From assembly GCA_005801425.1 (NCBI GenBank), contig SYDY01000115.1, positions 7,019-71,018 of the forward strand: 64,000 nt of DNA, given 5' to 3'. The DNA is from Bdellovibrionales bacterium. GTDB lineage: Bacteria > Myxococcota > XYA12-FULL-58-9 > SYDY01. Positions within the stretch are counted from its first letter, which is position 1; each line of letters begins with the position of its first letter. Made by a program: the position numbers and the translations under genes. Under the pieces are notes generated by a model. That model saw only the letters and a list, made by a program, of their open reading frames with translations, was not told the DNA's origin and made no database searches. This document shows positions 22,834-33,553 of this stretch, piece after piece.

Positions 22834-22876
22834 GATACATTCATGCGATAACCACGATTGGGTCTGGGGGGACGCC

Positions 22877-24421
22877 ATGATAACCACCCGTTTATTAAAA
22901 TCTCGCACTGCGATCATTGTCGCGTATTGTGTATTAGCCGCCTGTAGTGATCGTTCGCTACGACCCTTAAACCCACAATTGCTTGTTTGCCAGTCGGCCA
23001 GCGATGAGGTGTGTGAATCTCCACTAACGTACGCGTCTTATGCTGCTGGCATCACAACAACACTGGAAATTGTGCTACGTAATACCGGCGAAATTCCATT
23101 ACGCATCACGCATCTGGAAGCGGTTTCTGGGAATACCATCGGCATAGGTGTGTTTCCTTCCGTGCTTGCCCCCAATGCCCAAGCATCAGTGCTTCTCACC
23201 GTAACACCACGCTTAGGAGCCAACCGATCCACGCTTCAAATACAAAGCAATGATACACAACGACCCATTTATCGATTTGACGTGGTCTACGAGGGACATG
23301 GCCCCGAGCTTATGTTTTGCAGTGAGAACCACAGAGACACATGCAATATCAATCTGACGATTCGTCCTGAACCCGTCAAGCTTACGCGTGCATCCGAAAT
23401 TGTCATTTACGCATTAAATGTATCGCCCGAATCGGTTAAACTCAACGAAAGTGTTGCAGATCTCAGTGAAAGCGTTGCCGATGAAATCGAAATTTTAACA
23501 TCCCTGAATGCCGGGACCATCAAAGCCGGTGAATTTTTACCCATCGTCATAGGCTACCGTCCTCAAGATCAGATCAATGACACAATTCATATTTCTCTGG
23601 TACCCGAGCGTCCCTTCACTGTCCCTGCAAGCGCAATGGTCACATTGACCACCCCGAGCAATCTTCCACCTATTGCTGAAATTTCAGCCCTGGAATCGGC
23701 ACATCAGAATGGGAGTATTGAAATTGAGCACGTCCTATGGCTTGACGGTCGTGCTTCCCATGATCCTGAAGGCGACCCATTGCAATTCACGTGGACACTT
23801 TCTGAGAAGCCACTTCAAAGTGCATCGCTGCTATCTGCCAGCAATACGACGATGGTATCGCTTATCCCTGATGTGTTAGGAGATTATCGTGTCGACTTGA
23901 TTGTTACCGACTCATTGAACAATACCGCAAGCACATCATTTCAAATCCACGTAACACCCCATCATGCTTTGAGCATTAAGTTAGAATGGAACACTTCTAC
24001 CGATCTCGATTTACATCTTATTCGCAATCATGGATCTCTTTTTGGTGCGGATGACTGCTACTTTCAGAATCCATCACCCGACTGGGGAATACCGTACGAG
24101 ATTTTCGATGACCCCCTCTTGCTTCGAGACGAAGAGACCGGGGGAAGTTTTGAAAAGATCATCATTAAGCAGCCCAGTGATGGCGAGTACAACGTTATTG
24201 TCCATGCCTTTAACGTCCATGAAACGCCCACCGCTGCAGTGGTCCATATTTTCGCCAACGATGAAACGCAAACATTGGCAGTTCAAACTCGCGAGATACA
24301 ACGAGACTGTCAAGGATGGCTCGTGGGGACGGTTTCTTGGCCAAGCGCGATATTCACACCTGCAAGCACACGACCTTCTTTGATTTGTTTGCCACCTGCC
24401 AATCATGGAGAAGCCCTATGA
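22877..24421 (+). CDS. Secreted lipoprotein with PKD/Ig-like and pre-peptidase-C-terminal-like beta domains
   Basis: Signal/lipobox 'VLAACSDRS'. 'LWLDGRASHDPEGDPLQFTWTL' is a PKD-like motif. The stop overlaps the next gene's start (ATGA). Confidence 0.65.
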   Translation: MITTRLLKSRTAIIVAYCVLAACSDRSLRPLNPQLLVCQSASDEVCESPLTYASYAAGITTTLEIVLRNTGEIPLRITHLEAVSGNTIGIGVFPSVLAPNAQASVLLTVTPRLGANRSTLQIQSNDTQRPIYRFDVVYEGHGPELMFCSENHRDTCNINLTIRPEPVKLTRASEIVIYALNVSPESVKLNESVADLSESVADEIEILTSLNAGTIKAGEFLPIVIGYRPQDQINDTIHISLVPERPFTVPASAMVTLTTPSNLPPIAEISALESAHQNGSIEIEHVLWLDGRASHDPEGDPLQFTWTLSEKPLQSASLLSASNTTMVSLIPDVLGDYRVDLIVTDSLNNTASTSFQIHVTPHHALSIKLEWNTSTDLDLHLIRNHGSLFGADDCYFQNPSPDWGIPYEIFDDPLLLRDEETGGSFEKIIIKQPSDGEYNVIVHAFNVHETPTAAVVHIFANDETQTLAVQTREIQRDCQGWLVGTVSWPSAIFTPASTRPSLICLPPANHGEAL

Positions 24422-27400
24422 TTCGGATCACACGACTTTTTTTCCTCTTGCTTTTAGGTACTGCAGCCTGCAGCGAAACATCAACCCGTGACACGACTGT
24501 GATACCTCCACCCGACAACATCGATGAGGGATCTTCGCCTCATGCATGCACAACAACATCCGATTGCCCGTTTGGGCATCGCTGTCGAAATAGCATATGC
24601 GTTCCTGATGCGACGACATTTCAAAGCCCTGGATGCGCAAGCAACAACGATTGCACCGCACCGCTGGTATGTGCCATCGCAATAGGAGAATGCATCAATC
24701 CAAGCGAAACACCCAACCCATCTTTATCCTCTGATACATCCTGCACGCCGGGCGAAACACGCACCTGCGGAAGTAAAATTGGTGCATGCAATTACGGAGA
24801 AATGCATTGTGATGATGGGGGACAATGGACGACATGCTTAGGCGGTATTGGACCCATACCAGAAATGTGCAATGGCATCGACGATGATTGCGACGGAACC
24901 ATATTACCCTCAGAACTTGATGCGGACGGAGATGGTTTTCGTAACTGCAATGGCGATTGCGATGACGCCAATACTGCACGATTTCCTGGCGCAATCGACC
25001 TCTGCGATGGCCAAGACAATAATTGCGACGGCTATATCGATGAACAAGGAAACCGTTTGTGCAATGATGACCTTTATTGCAACGGTGAAGAAACATGTTC
25101 TGCGGGAACGTGTCTCTCCGGTATTTCTCCCAACTGCAACGACCTCGACAGCGCATGTACCATAGGGTCATGCGATGAAGACAACGACAGTTGCCTTTCT
25201 ACAAATAGACCTGATGCCACAAATTGCAGTGATGGATTATTTTGTACGCAGGGCGACACATGCAATGCAGGTGTTTGCCAAGGAATAACACGCGATTGTT
25301 CATCATCGTCCGATGCCTGCAACACTGGGACTTGTGATGAAACCCAAGATCAATGTGTAGCGTCTCCGAAACCCAACGAAACGTCATGCGATGATGGCAT
25401 GTTTTGTACCGATATTGATCGTTGCCAATCGGGTGTCTGCACAGGCCATGAACGATCTTGCGACGCTCTCAACGATAGCTGCAATCGGGGTACCTGCGAC
25501 GAAAACGCGAATTCCTGTGTTGCTACCCCCGTCAGTGATGGGACGGGTTGTAATGATGCGCTGTTTTGTACTTTGGAAGATCACTGTGTTGCGGGGCTTT
25601 GTTTAGGAAATACACCGAGAGATTGTTCCTCTGTCTCAGATCAATGCAACAGCGGTGGATGCGATGAAACGGCTGATCGATGCGTTGCGCATCCTGTAGC
25701 CAACACGACACCATGCAACGATAATTTGTTTTGTACCGTAGGCGAACAGTGTCAATCTGGTTCGTGTACAGCGGGTTTACCGCGAGATTGCAGTGCTTCG
25801 GGGGGGTCATGCAGAACAGGAACATGCGACGAATCGGCTGACCAGTGCACAGGGTCACCACAACCTGATGGCACATCATGCGATGATACCCGTTTCTGCA
25901 CGGTACAAGATCATTGCCAGGCTGGGTCATGCATAGGATCTTCGCGTGATTGTTCCGCCTCTGGAAATGACTGCAACGATGGGACATGTTCAGACACCCT
26001 GCAAAGCTGTATTGCAACGGCAAAACTTGATGGAACACTTTGTGATGACGGACGTTTTTGTACTGTCACCGACATGTGCAGTGCCGGATCATGTGCGGGA
26101 CTTGCCCGTGACTGCTCGGCAGCATCTGACACATGCAATACGGGTGTGTGCAATGAAACCGGTTCGCGTTGCGAGCCCTCGTCTTCCCATGAAGGCCAAA
26201 GTTGCAATGACGGCCGCAATTGCACAATCACCGACCATTGTTCTTCCGGCGCATGTCGTGGTGAAACCAACCCCTGCAACAGCATGGATACCTCATGTCT
26301 CGATGGCTTTTGTGATGTAGGTACCGACCAATGTACAGCACGTCCACTTAGCAATGGGATATCCTGCGACGATGGGAAATTCTGCACCATCGGAGATGCC
26401 TGCAACAATGGGACATGCGGCGGATCACCCAATCCATGCAGCAACACCCCCGGTGGAGGCGCATGCACAACGCCCATTTGCGATACTTCCGCAGATCATT
26501 GTACCAATCAAACACTGCCCAACGGAACATCATGTACCGATAGTCAGTTTTGCACGGTCGGTGATCATTGCATCAACGGCTCCTGCAACGGGTCACCACG
26601 AGATTGCTCAATATTGACAAGTGCATGCACAACAGGGTCGTGTTCTAATGTTTCGCAGGCGTGTATTTCATCGCCATTATCATCAACAACAACGTGCTCG
26701 GATAACAACCTATGCACGCAAAATGACCATTGCCTTGATGGAGGATGCCATTCGGGTACGCCCGTTGATTGTTCGCATTTAACCGATCGTTGCCATGTTG
26801 GACAATGTGACCCGACCGGCGCATGTCTGCGCGTTAATTCCGGTGCATGCGATTGCGATGACCAGATCAATGCCGATTTTGATGGGTACAATCAGTGCGA
26901 TGATTGCGACGACACCAACGGTGCTATTTTCCCAGGCGCCACAGAACGTTGCAACAGCAAAGATGATAACTGCAATGGTCAGATCGACGAAGGTTTCGAT
27001 GTTGACCATGATGGGTATTTTCAGTGCTCATTGGATGATGGTCTCGTGGACTGCAATGACAACAACGCATCCGTTCATCCCGGTGCTTTGGAAAACTGCA
27101 ATACGCCTGATGATGACAACTGCAATGGCGTGGTCAACGAGGGGTGTATCCATTGCGATCCTATTGATCACGATCATGATGGGTTCAGCGAATGCACGGG
27201 TGATTGCAGCGACAACGACAATGCCGTCTATCCAGGTGCTTATGAGCTATGCGACGGCAAAGACAACGACTGCAACAAAAACACAATCAAAAATTGCGAT
27301 GTTTCTGAACGTTGTGATTGGCCAACCGAAGAAGTTGATATCTGCAAGGACCAATTGATGTGCGCCTGCATTCTCGAAAATGGTGTTTGCAAAAAACGAG

Positions 27401-28281
27401 TTTGCACAGTGACCTGTAATACAAGTCGCACGGGTGCGCTGGAGGATGGGTGCGATTATGATGAGTCCTGCTATTACGATGTGTATGGAACATCCAATTT
27501 GCACGCATGTGCCCAAATCAACACGCTTGGGTTGTTACCAAGCGGATCAACATGCACGGGAGACTCTGATTGCAGAAGTGGGCAATGTCGATTCGTGTCT
27601 GGACGAACAAGTTCATCCTATGTGTGCACTGATTATTGTACCGAAGATCGATACTGCGATGTGGGGACCCGTTGTGTGATCCTTGATACAGGGAGCAACA
27701 TAGATGGACGTTGTCTACCCACATGGGCGTTGCAAGTCGGTACGGGAGTCACGGGACAACGATGCACAAGTCATCCCGCTTGTGCCCACGGATTTTGCTT
27801 TGATGCCAGCAGCGACTATTGCACCGAAGCGTGCTGCGATGACGATGAGTGCCCCTCTGGAATGCATTGTGCACTTAATACAGTCACACGACGACATATT
27901 CTCGCGCCTGCTGGAACGCCCACATGCACCAGCGATCGTGAATGCCGTGACCTCTATGCGGATGATGGTATGAGTTGCGTTCTCAACAGCGATGGCATTT
28001 ATCGCTGCGGGCGTTCGATGCTCGAAAGCGCCCCCATGTGCCTATTCGACGTGAGCAGCCAAGCTTCAAGGCCTGCTGGCGCAGCCTGTGCGCAAAATCG
28101 TGATTGCCAGAGCAATTTCTGTTCTGGAAATCTCGGTGTTTGCGTCTCGCCTTGCTGCACCGATTATTCATGTCCTGAAGGACTTGCATGTGAAATGCAA
28201 CTCATCAATGCAGGACAAGGGTTGGTTGATGCCAGGGTGTGTGTGAGTCAATCGACCGATGAAGTCATTCAAAGATTGTAA
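24418..28281 (+). CDS. Giant Cys-rich repeat lipoprotein (about 13 six-Cys 'FCT' repeats, 5 MopE-like putative metal-binding motifs, EGF-like terminal modules)
   Basis: 1287 aa from the ATG at 24418, with lipobox 'LLGTAACSE'. About 13 tandem repeats of roughly 46 aa follow the pattern C.DG.FCT..D.C..G.C.G..RDCS...D.CN.G.CDE..D.C. Five 'DCDDxNxxxxPGAxExCdgxDNdCdGxxDE' motifs and terminal 'CxxxxDCxxGxC' modules are also present. Confidence 0.8.
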   Translation: MIRITRLFFLLLLGTAACSETSTRDTTVIPPPDNIDEGSSPHACTTTSDCPFGHRCRNSICVPDATTFQSPGCASNNDCTAPLVCAIAIGECINPSETPNPSLSSDTSCTPGETRTCGSKIGACNYGEMHCDDGGQWTTCLGGIGPIPEMCNGIDDDCDGTILPSELDADGDGFRNCNGDCDDANTARFPGAIDLCDGQDNNCDGYIDEQGNRLCNDDLYCNGEETCSAGTCLSGISPNCNDLDSACTIGSCDEDNDSCLSTNRPDATNCSDGLFCTQGDTCNAGVCQGITRDCSSSSDACNTGTCDETQDQCVASPKPNETSCDDGMFCTDIDRCQSGVCTGHERSCDALNDSCNRGTCDENANSCVATPVSDGTGCNDALFCTLEDHCVAGLCLGNTPRDCSSVSDQCNSGGCDETADRCVAHPVANTTPCNDNLFCTVGEQCQSGSCTAGLPRDCSASGGSCRTGTCDESADQCTGSPQPDGTSCDDTRFCTVQDHCQAGSCIGSSRDCSASGNDCNDGTCSDTLQSCIATAKLDGTLCDDGRFCTVTDMCSAGSCAGLARDCSAASDTCNTGVCNETGSRCEPSSSHEGQSCNDGRNCTITDHCSSGACRGETNPCNSMDTSCLDGFCDVGTDQCTARPLSNGISCDDGKFCTIGDACNNGTCGGSPNPCSNTPGGGACTTPICDTSADHCTNQTLPNGTSCTDSQFCTVGDHCINGSCNGSPRDCSILTSACTTGSCSNVSQACISSPLSSTTTCSDNNLCTQNDHCLDGGCHSGTPVDCSHLTDRCHVGQCDPTGACLRVNSGACDCDDQINADFDGYNQCDDCDDTNGAIFPGATERCNSKDDNCNGQIDEGFDVDHDGYFQCSLDDGLVDCNDNNASVHPGALENCNTPDDDNCNGVVNEGCIHCDPIDHDHDGFSECTGDCSDNDNAVYPGAYELCDGKDNDCNKNTIKNCDVSERCDWPTEEVDICKDQLMCACILENGVCKKRVCTVTCNTSRTGALEDGCDYDESCYYDVYGTSNLHACAQINTLGLLPSGSTCTGDSDCRSGQCRFVSGRTSSSYVCTDYCTEDRYCDVGTRCVILDTGSNIDGRCLPTWALQVGTGVTGQRCTSHPACAHGFCFDASSDYCTEACCDDDECPSGMHCALNTVTRRHILAPAGTPTCTSDRECRDLYADDGMSCVLNSDGIYRCGRSMLESAPMCLFDVSSQASRPAGAACAQNRDCQSNFCSGNLGVCVSPCCTDYSCPEGLACEMQLINAGQGLVDARVCVSQSTDEVIQRL
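25060..26840 (+). repeat. Coding tandem repeat array, about 13 copies of about 137 bp, inside the Cys-rich lipoprotein gene
   Basis: Periodic recurrence of ...TGCGATGA(A/C)...TTTTGTAC... codon strings matching the protein-level FCT repeats. The copies are degenerate at DNA level and are not CRISPR-like. Confidence 0.7.
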
Positions 28282-28552
28282 CTGATGTTACGTGGGGGAA
28301 TTGGTTTGCCATGCTGGGCCTCTCTGCCTCGCCATGCCGTGTAAACGGACCGGACCGCATTCCCACAAAAGCGTTGTGACGCGTTCAAAAAAGACAATCA
28401 AATCCCAAACATCATGCGCGTCACGTGGCTTTTGTGGAAGGCGGGAGGAAACTGCACGCGCAATGGCGAAAGAACGATAATCGATTCAATTTTCATGATG
28501 AATATGCAGTTTGTTCGATGTGTGACCGCGTAAGTCAGATTGTAAATCAAAC

Positions 28553-28584
28553 GTAGGGGACGGGTTTTAAACCCGCGCCCCTAC
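28553..28584. terminator. Bidirectional intrinsic terminator hairpin between convergent genes
   Basis: GTAGGGGaCGGGTTT-taa-AAACCCGcgCCCCTAC stem-loop 5 nt after the aceA stop. T-rich runs flank it on the aceA side. Confidence 0.5.
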
Positions 28585-28589
28585 ATAAT

Positions 28590-29870
28590 TTAAAACTGCT
28601 CTTCTTCCGTTGAATTCACCAAAGCCAGCGTAGACAAAACACCGTCGGCCAAGGTTTGACCAACCAAGTCAAAATATCCTGTGCCCACTTCACGTTGGTG
28701 ACGTGTTGCTGTGTAGCCTTCAGACTCCGCTGCAAATTCACGTTGTTGGAGTTCAGAATATGCACCCATGCCACGGTCACGATAAGCTGTTGCCAATTCA
28801 AACATTCCGTAATTAAGCGAATGAAAACCTGCCAATGTTACAAATTGAAATTTGTAACCCATCGCACCAATTTTTTGTTGGAAATGCTCAATCACTGAAG
28901 CATCAAGATGTTTACGCCAATTGAACGATGGCGAACAATTGTAAGCCAACATTTTACCTGGGTAACGGGCATGGATAGCTTTGGCAAATTGTTGTGCTTC
29001 GTCAAGATCGGGCTTGCTTGTTTCAAACCAAATCAGATCGCAATAGGGCGCAAAGGCCAAACCACGGGCAATGCACATATCCAGCCCACCGGTGATCTCA
29101 TAGAACCCTTCAACCGTACGCGTTCCCGTCATGAAAGGTCGATCGTGAGGATCGACATCCGATGTCAAAAGGCGTGCACTGCCTGCATCGGTTCGTGCAA
29201 TCAAAAGTGTTGGAACATCCATCACATCGGCGGCAAGACGCGCTGCAACCAACGTTCGTATAAATTGCGATGTTGGCACAAGCACCTTTCCACCCAAGTG
29301 ACCGCATTTTTTTTCTGACGAAAGTTGATCTTCAAAATGAACACCCGCAGCACCGGCCTCAATCATCCCCTTCATCAATTCAAAGGCATTGAGCGGTCCG
29401 CCAAATCCTGCTTCTGCATCAGCCACAATAGGCAAGTACCAATCGCGCTTTGCAGCATCTTCGGCATGTTCAATTTGGTCTGCGCGCTGCAAAGCTTGGT
29501 TTAATTTTTTCACCAGCTGCGGCACACTGTTTGATGGATACAAACTTTGATCAGGGTACATATTTCCCGATGAGTTGGCATCGGCCGCCACTTGCCAACC
29601 GCTGCAATAAATCGCTTTGAGCCCTGCCCTGGCCATTTGCATGGCTTGATTACCCGAAAGCGCACCCAAGGCGTGCACGTAATCTTCGGTATGAAGAAGC
29701 TCCCACAATCGCATGCTCCCACGACGGGCAAGCGTATGCTCGATATGCAGTGAACCCCGTAATCGTTCAACATCACTTTTGCTGTATGGCCGTTCAACAC
29801 CCTCAAAACGACGGGCATGAATGACATCTCGATTTTCAGCTTGGCTTACACGTTCTTTAAGAATGGCCAT
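28590..29870 (-). CDS. aceA: Isocitrate lyase
   Basis: 426 aa with the catalytic signature 'KKCGHLGGK'. Confidence 0.95.
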   Translation of the reverse strand: MAILKERVSQAENRDVIHARRFEGVERPYSKSDVERLRGSLHIEHTLARRGSMRLWELLHTEDYVHALGALSGNQAMQMARAGLKAIYCSGWQVAADANSSGNMYPDQSLYPSNSVPQLVKKLNQALQRADQIEHAEDAAKRDWYLPIVADAEAGFGGPLNAFELMKGMIEAGAAGVHFEDQLSSEKKCGHLGGKVLVPTSQFIRTLVAARLAADVMDVPTLLIARTDAGSARLLTSDVDPHDRPFMTGTRTVEGFYEITGGLDMCIARGLAFAPYCDLIWFETSKPDLDEAQQFAKAIHARYPGKMLAYNCSPSFNWRKHLDASVIEHFQQKIGAMGYKFQFVTLAGFHSLNYGMFELATAYRDRGMGAYSELQQREFAAESEGYTATRHQREVGTGYFDLVGQTLADGVLSTLALVNSTEEEQF

Positions 29871-29906
29871 GGATGGTCTCCTTTAAAGGGGGTTCATTGC
29901 TATTAT

Positions 29907-31523
29907 TCATCCTAAGCGATTGTATGCATACGACGTAAGAAAATCGATCAACGGCTCACGTGTTGCAATTTCAACGAATAAACGACGTGCTGATTCAAGT
30001 GCTCCTGCAACCAACGTATCTTTTCCCAAATTTTCTTGGATTGCATGAACTTCTTGATCCACGGTAGAAAGAAATCGTTTCATGGTCAAAGGCGATCCAC
30101 CCACCACCGCATGATACTTAAGCCACTGCCAAACCTGTGTTCGTGAAATCTCTGCGGTCGCAGCATCTTCCATGAGATTATTAATTGGAACGCAACCCGA
30201 TCCTGAGATCCAAGAAGCAAGATAACGGATCCCAACGTTGATATTCTGTCGCAACCCTTCTTCAGTACGGTCACCTTCAGGAACTTGCAAAAGCAATGCA
30301 CGCGTCACGTGGGATACATCGGGAATTTTATCCATTTGATGATCGCCAGTGCACTGCGAGTCAAAAGCATGACGCGCTATATCGATAAGTCCTGGATGCG
30401 CCACCCATGTTCCATCATGCCCATCCCCGGCTTCACGCTTTTTGTCAGCACGCACTTTCTCAAGGGCCGCTTCATTGGCCTCTGGATTGTTTGTGATTGG
30501 AATTTGGGCGGCCATCCCACCCATGGCGTAGGCGCCACGACGATGGCATGTGGCAATCGTAAGAAGCGCATAAGCACGCATCATCGGCTGAGTCATCGTG
30601 ACCAAAGAACGATCAGGTGTGATCCAATCGGCATGTGCACGGAGCGTTTTGATCGCACTAAACATATAGTCCCAACGGCCACAGTTGAGTCCCACAATAT
30701 GGTGCCGCAAAGCATGCAATATTTCGTTCAATTGAAACACCGCAGGAAGGGTTTCAATCAATACCGTCACTTTGATCGTCCCCACAGGCAGCCCCAACGA
30801 TGCTTCTGCATCCGACATCACATCGCTCCACCAGCGCGCTTCCGCATAGTGTTCGAGCTTCGGAATGTAAAAGTAGGGCCCCTTGCCCTGGGCCAATAAA
30901 CGGTGATGATTATGGTAGAGAAACATGGCGAAATCAAAGAGACATCCCGGAATAGGCCGACCGTCCACTTCCACATGGGCTTCAGGAAGATGCAAGCCAC
31001 GAGGACGCACCAATAACACGGCGGTTTTCTCTTTAAGCGCGTAACTCTTTCCTTTTGCCGGATCGTCGTAGGTGATGGTCCCCGCCACGGCATCACGCAA
31101 GTTCACTTGTCCATTCATCATCGCTTGCCAAGTCGGGGATGATGAATCTTCAAAGTCTGCCATGAATGCATCTGCGCCCGAATTGAGGGCATTGATGATC
31201 ATCTTACGTTCGACAGGTCCGGTAATTTCCACATGACGTTTACGCAAAGCAGAGGGAATAGCCCCAACATGCCAATCGCCTTCGCGAATATCACGGGTTT
31301 CCGGCAAATAGTCGGGTGCTTCACCCGCATCGTATGCTGCTTGGCGCCGAGCGCGATGGTACAAGAGATCATCAAGTCGGGGACTAAATCGACGAACCAA
31401 GGTATCAAGAAATGCCAGTGCCTCGTCATTAAGGATCGCACGATACGATGGCGTTTGTTCGCCCACAACGCGTAAGGTCGATACAGATCGCATGGGCACA
31501 TTCGTCACGGGGAACTCCTTCAA
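29907..31523 (-). CDS. aceB: Malate synthase A
   Basis: 538 aa. Its length and conserved blocks fit the malate synthase A family, and it sits immediately upstream of aceA as in the glyoxylate shunt operon. Confidence 0.9.
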   Translation of the reverse strand: MKEFPVTNVPMRSVSTLRVVGEQTPSYRAILNDEALAFLDTLVRRFSPRLDDLLYHRARRQAAYDAGEAPDYLPETRDIREGDWHVGAIPSALRKRHVEITGPVERKMIINALNSGADAFMADFEDSSSPTWQAMMNGQVNLRDAVAGTITYDDPAKGKSYALKEKTAVLLVRPRGLHLPEAHVEVDGRPIPGCLFDFAMFLYHNHHRLLAQGKGPYFYIPKLEHYAEARWWSDVMSDAEASLGLPVGTIKVTVLIETLPAVFQLNEILHALRHHIVGLNCGRWDYMFSAIKTLRAHADWITPDRSLVTMTQPMMRAYALLTIATCHRRGAYAMGGMAAQIPITNNPEANEAALEKVRADKKREAGDGHDGTWVAHPGLIDIARHAFDSQCTGDHQMDKIPDVSHVTRALLLQVPEGDRTEEGLRQNINVGIRYLASWISGSGCVPINNLMEDAATAEISRTQVWQWLKYHAVVGGSPLTMKRFLSTVDQEVHAIQENLGKDTLVAGALESARRLFVEIATREPLIDFLTSYAYNRLG

Positions 31524-31611
31524 TACGAATCACAGGATCACCCACAAAACGCATAACGGTCAAGCAAATGTCATACGATGCATGGAATATATTGTGACGA
31601 ATGAGATCTTA

Positions 31612-32919
31612 TTATTTTCCGTGTTGAATATCCAAAATAAGTGCTTCGGATTTCGGTGGATCATCAGAAAAAGAGAATGCGTTTAAACAGGATCGGGCAA
31701 TATTTGTGCTCTGTGGGTCACCACGATGATGCACATGCACAAGTGGCTCTCCCTTATCGATATGCGCCCCTGATTTTTTTAAAAAGATCATACCCACTTC
31801 AGGATCAATCACATCATCCACGCGCATACGCCCTGCACCCAAGGCACGGGCAATTTCGCCCACGGTAAGCGCGTCGATATGAGAAATAAAACCCGCGCGA
31901 GGCGCATATAATACATCAAGATGCGCACTAATTCCCCAATTTGGATCCTCCAACACGCTTGGATCGCCACCTTGCGCTTGAAACAATCCATTCATACGCG
32001 CAAGTCCCGAGCCATCGCTTATCGCTTGTTGCAATAGCGCACGTCCATGTTCTGAAGAATCTGCACGGCCTCCAAGCATTAACATTTCCGATCCCAACAC
32101 CAACGTGAGCTCCGTTGTATCGGGCGGACCCTTGCCTTGGAGAATGTCAAATACCTCACGCATTTCGAGTGCATTTCCCACGTGAGTTCCTAGAGGCTCG
32201 TTCATATTCGTTAAGAATGCCGACACCCAAAGCCCCGCATCGCGCCCAACCCCAACCAACCAATCGCGTAAAATTTCCGCTCGATCCCGTGTTTGAAAAA
32301 ATGCCCCGCGCCCTACTTTGATATCCAAAACCAACGCCGATGCACCCGCCGCAAGTTTTTTGGATAAAATAGAAGCCGTAACCAATGGATACGAATCAAT
32401 GGTTCCTGTCACATCGCGAAGTGCATAAAAAATACCATCAACGGGTGCAAAATCATCGGTTTGTGCGCCAATACAAACACCAAGCGTCTCTACCTGCTCT
32501 TGAAATCGCGCAGGTGACAAATGAGTTTGTGTCCCTGGAATGGCTTCCATTTTATCAATGGTCCCGCCGGTATGGCCCAAGCCCCGTCCTGCAAGCATAG
32601 GAACGGGCACACCGCACGCTGCAACCAGCGGCGCGAGAGCCAGCGTAATCTTATCCCCCACGCCGCCTGTGGAATGCTTATCAACGGCTGGGCCTGACAG
32701 ATGATTGTAGTGGATCACAGCCCCCGAATCACGCAAGGCTTGGGTAAAAATCACGGCGCTGTCTCGATCGATTCCTTTGAGATACACCGCCATCAAAAAA
32801 GCACTCACCAAATAATCTGGCACGCGATGCGTGGCCACAGCAGCAACAAAATCATAGATCTCTTTTCTTGATATTTTTTTCCCATCACGCGCAGCCACGA
32901 TCACATCAAGAGGCGTCAT
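31612..32919 (-). CDS. deoA: Thymidine/pyrimidine-nucleoside phosphorylase
   Basis: 435 aa with the N-terminal 'DVIVAARDGKKISRKEIYDFV' glycosyltransferase family 3 helical domain and the 'STGGVGDK' motif. Confidence 0.9.
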   Translation of the reverse strand: MTPLDVIVAARDGKKISRKEIYDFVAAVATHRVPDYLVSAFLMAVYLKGIDRDSAVIFTQALRDSGAVIHYNHLSGPAVDKHSTGGVGDKITLALAPLVAACGVPVPMLAGRGLGHTGGTIDKMEAIPGTQTHLSPARFQEQVETLGVCIGAQTDDFAPVDGIFYALRDVTGTIDSYPLVTASILSKKLAAGASALVLDIKVGRGAFFQTRDRAEILRDWLVGVGRDAGLWVSAFLTNMNEPLGTHVGNALEMREVFDILQGKGPPDTTELTLVLGSEMLMLGGRADSSEHGRALLQQAISDGSGLARMNGLFQAQGGDPSVLEDPNWGISAHLDVLYAPRAGFISHIDALTVGEIARALGAGRMRVDDVIDPEVGMIFLKKSGAHIDKGEPLVHVHHRGDPQSTNIARSCLNAFSFSDDPPKSEALILDIQHGK

Positions 32920-32950
32920 GGAATGAATCTATGGCCTAGGACTCCAGCAA

Positions 32951-33553
32951 TCAATTCAATTCCAAGCTGACATAGGCACTGCATGCGGCGGCTACCGCAG
33001 CATTTTGTTCCTGATAACGCATGGCCAAAGCCATAAAAGCAGGCAAAGTGTCCGGAGAAAAATCAATCTGAAATCCTAATGCCTTAGGATTTTCTGCAAG
33101 CAATTGGAGCGCAGCCACGGTTTCCCGAAGCGCATCACCCGAGAGATGCAATGCGTCTTCGGCTTGGTCTAAGCGCCCCACACAAGAAAAAATATGGGCT
33201 AAACACAGTGCTGCATCGATTTGAATAAGACCATTGCCGAAAAGTCTTCCGAGATCATGGATCCGATCATCTCGATTTATCGTCTGTTTTGAACCATACA
33301 GCAGCGCCGTCGCACTGTCGCGATCCAAGACACCATCAGCTTGCGTAAGATCCATGGTGTGTTCAAAAGCGACGCGCGCATCCGAATAGGAATGCCGCTC
33401 AAGCAATGTCATGCCCTCGTTCAGCCATCGCAATGGCTCATCAAAAAATGTCAACGATGAGCGCTTAATCAGGTCAAATACCGACGATTCTTCTAAGTGC
33501 CATGCCTCGTCGAGTATATGCAGATCTTCTTTTCTTACTTGGTTACCCGTCAC
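32951..33553 (-). CDS. Hypothetical protein
   Basis: 200-aa soluble protein with no recognizable motif. It lies between deoA and the nucleoside transporter. Confidence 0.45.
   Translation of the reverse strand: MTGNQVRKEDLHILDEAWHLEESSVFDLIKRSSLTFFDEPLRWLNEGMTLLERHSYSDARVAFEHTMDLTQADGVLDRDSATALLYGSKQTINRDDRIHDLGRLFGNGLIQIDAALCLAHIFSCVGRLDQAEDALHLSGDALRETVAALQLLAENPKALGFQIDFSPDTLPAFMALAMRYQEQNAAVAAACSAYVSLELN

Noticed and set aside
25060-26840. Tandem repeats considered as a possible CRISPR array
   Set aside because: The repeats are about 137 bp, degenerate, in-frame coding units with no short conserved direct repeat or spacer organisation. They are a protein repeat, not CRISPR.
24695-27516. 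Multiple long antisense/alternate-frame ORFs inside the Cys-rich repeat gene (e.g. 24695..25171, 25911..26477, 26795..27358)
   Set aside because: They lie within a repetitive, codon-biased coding region, and their translations are low-complexity His/Arg/Cys strings. The repeat periodicity belongs to the plus-strand frame only.
28292-28480. 62-aa ORF in the intergenic region after the giant repeat gene
   Set aside because: It has no RBS and a Cys/Arg-rich low-complexity translation. It sits in the spacer before the convergent terminator and is probably non-coding.
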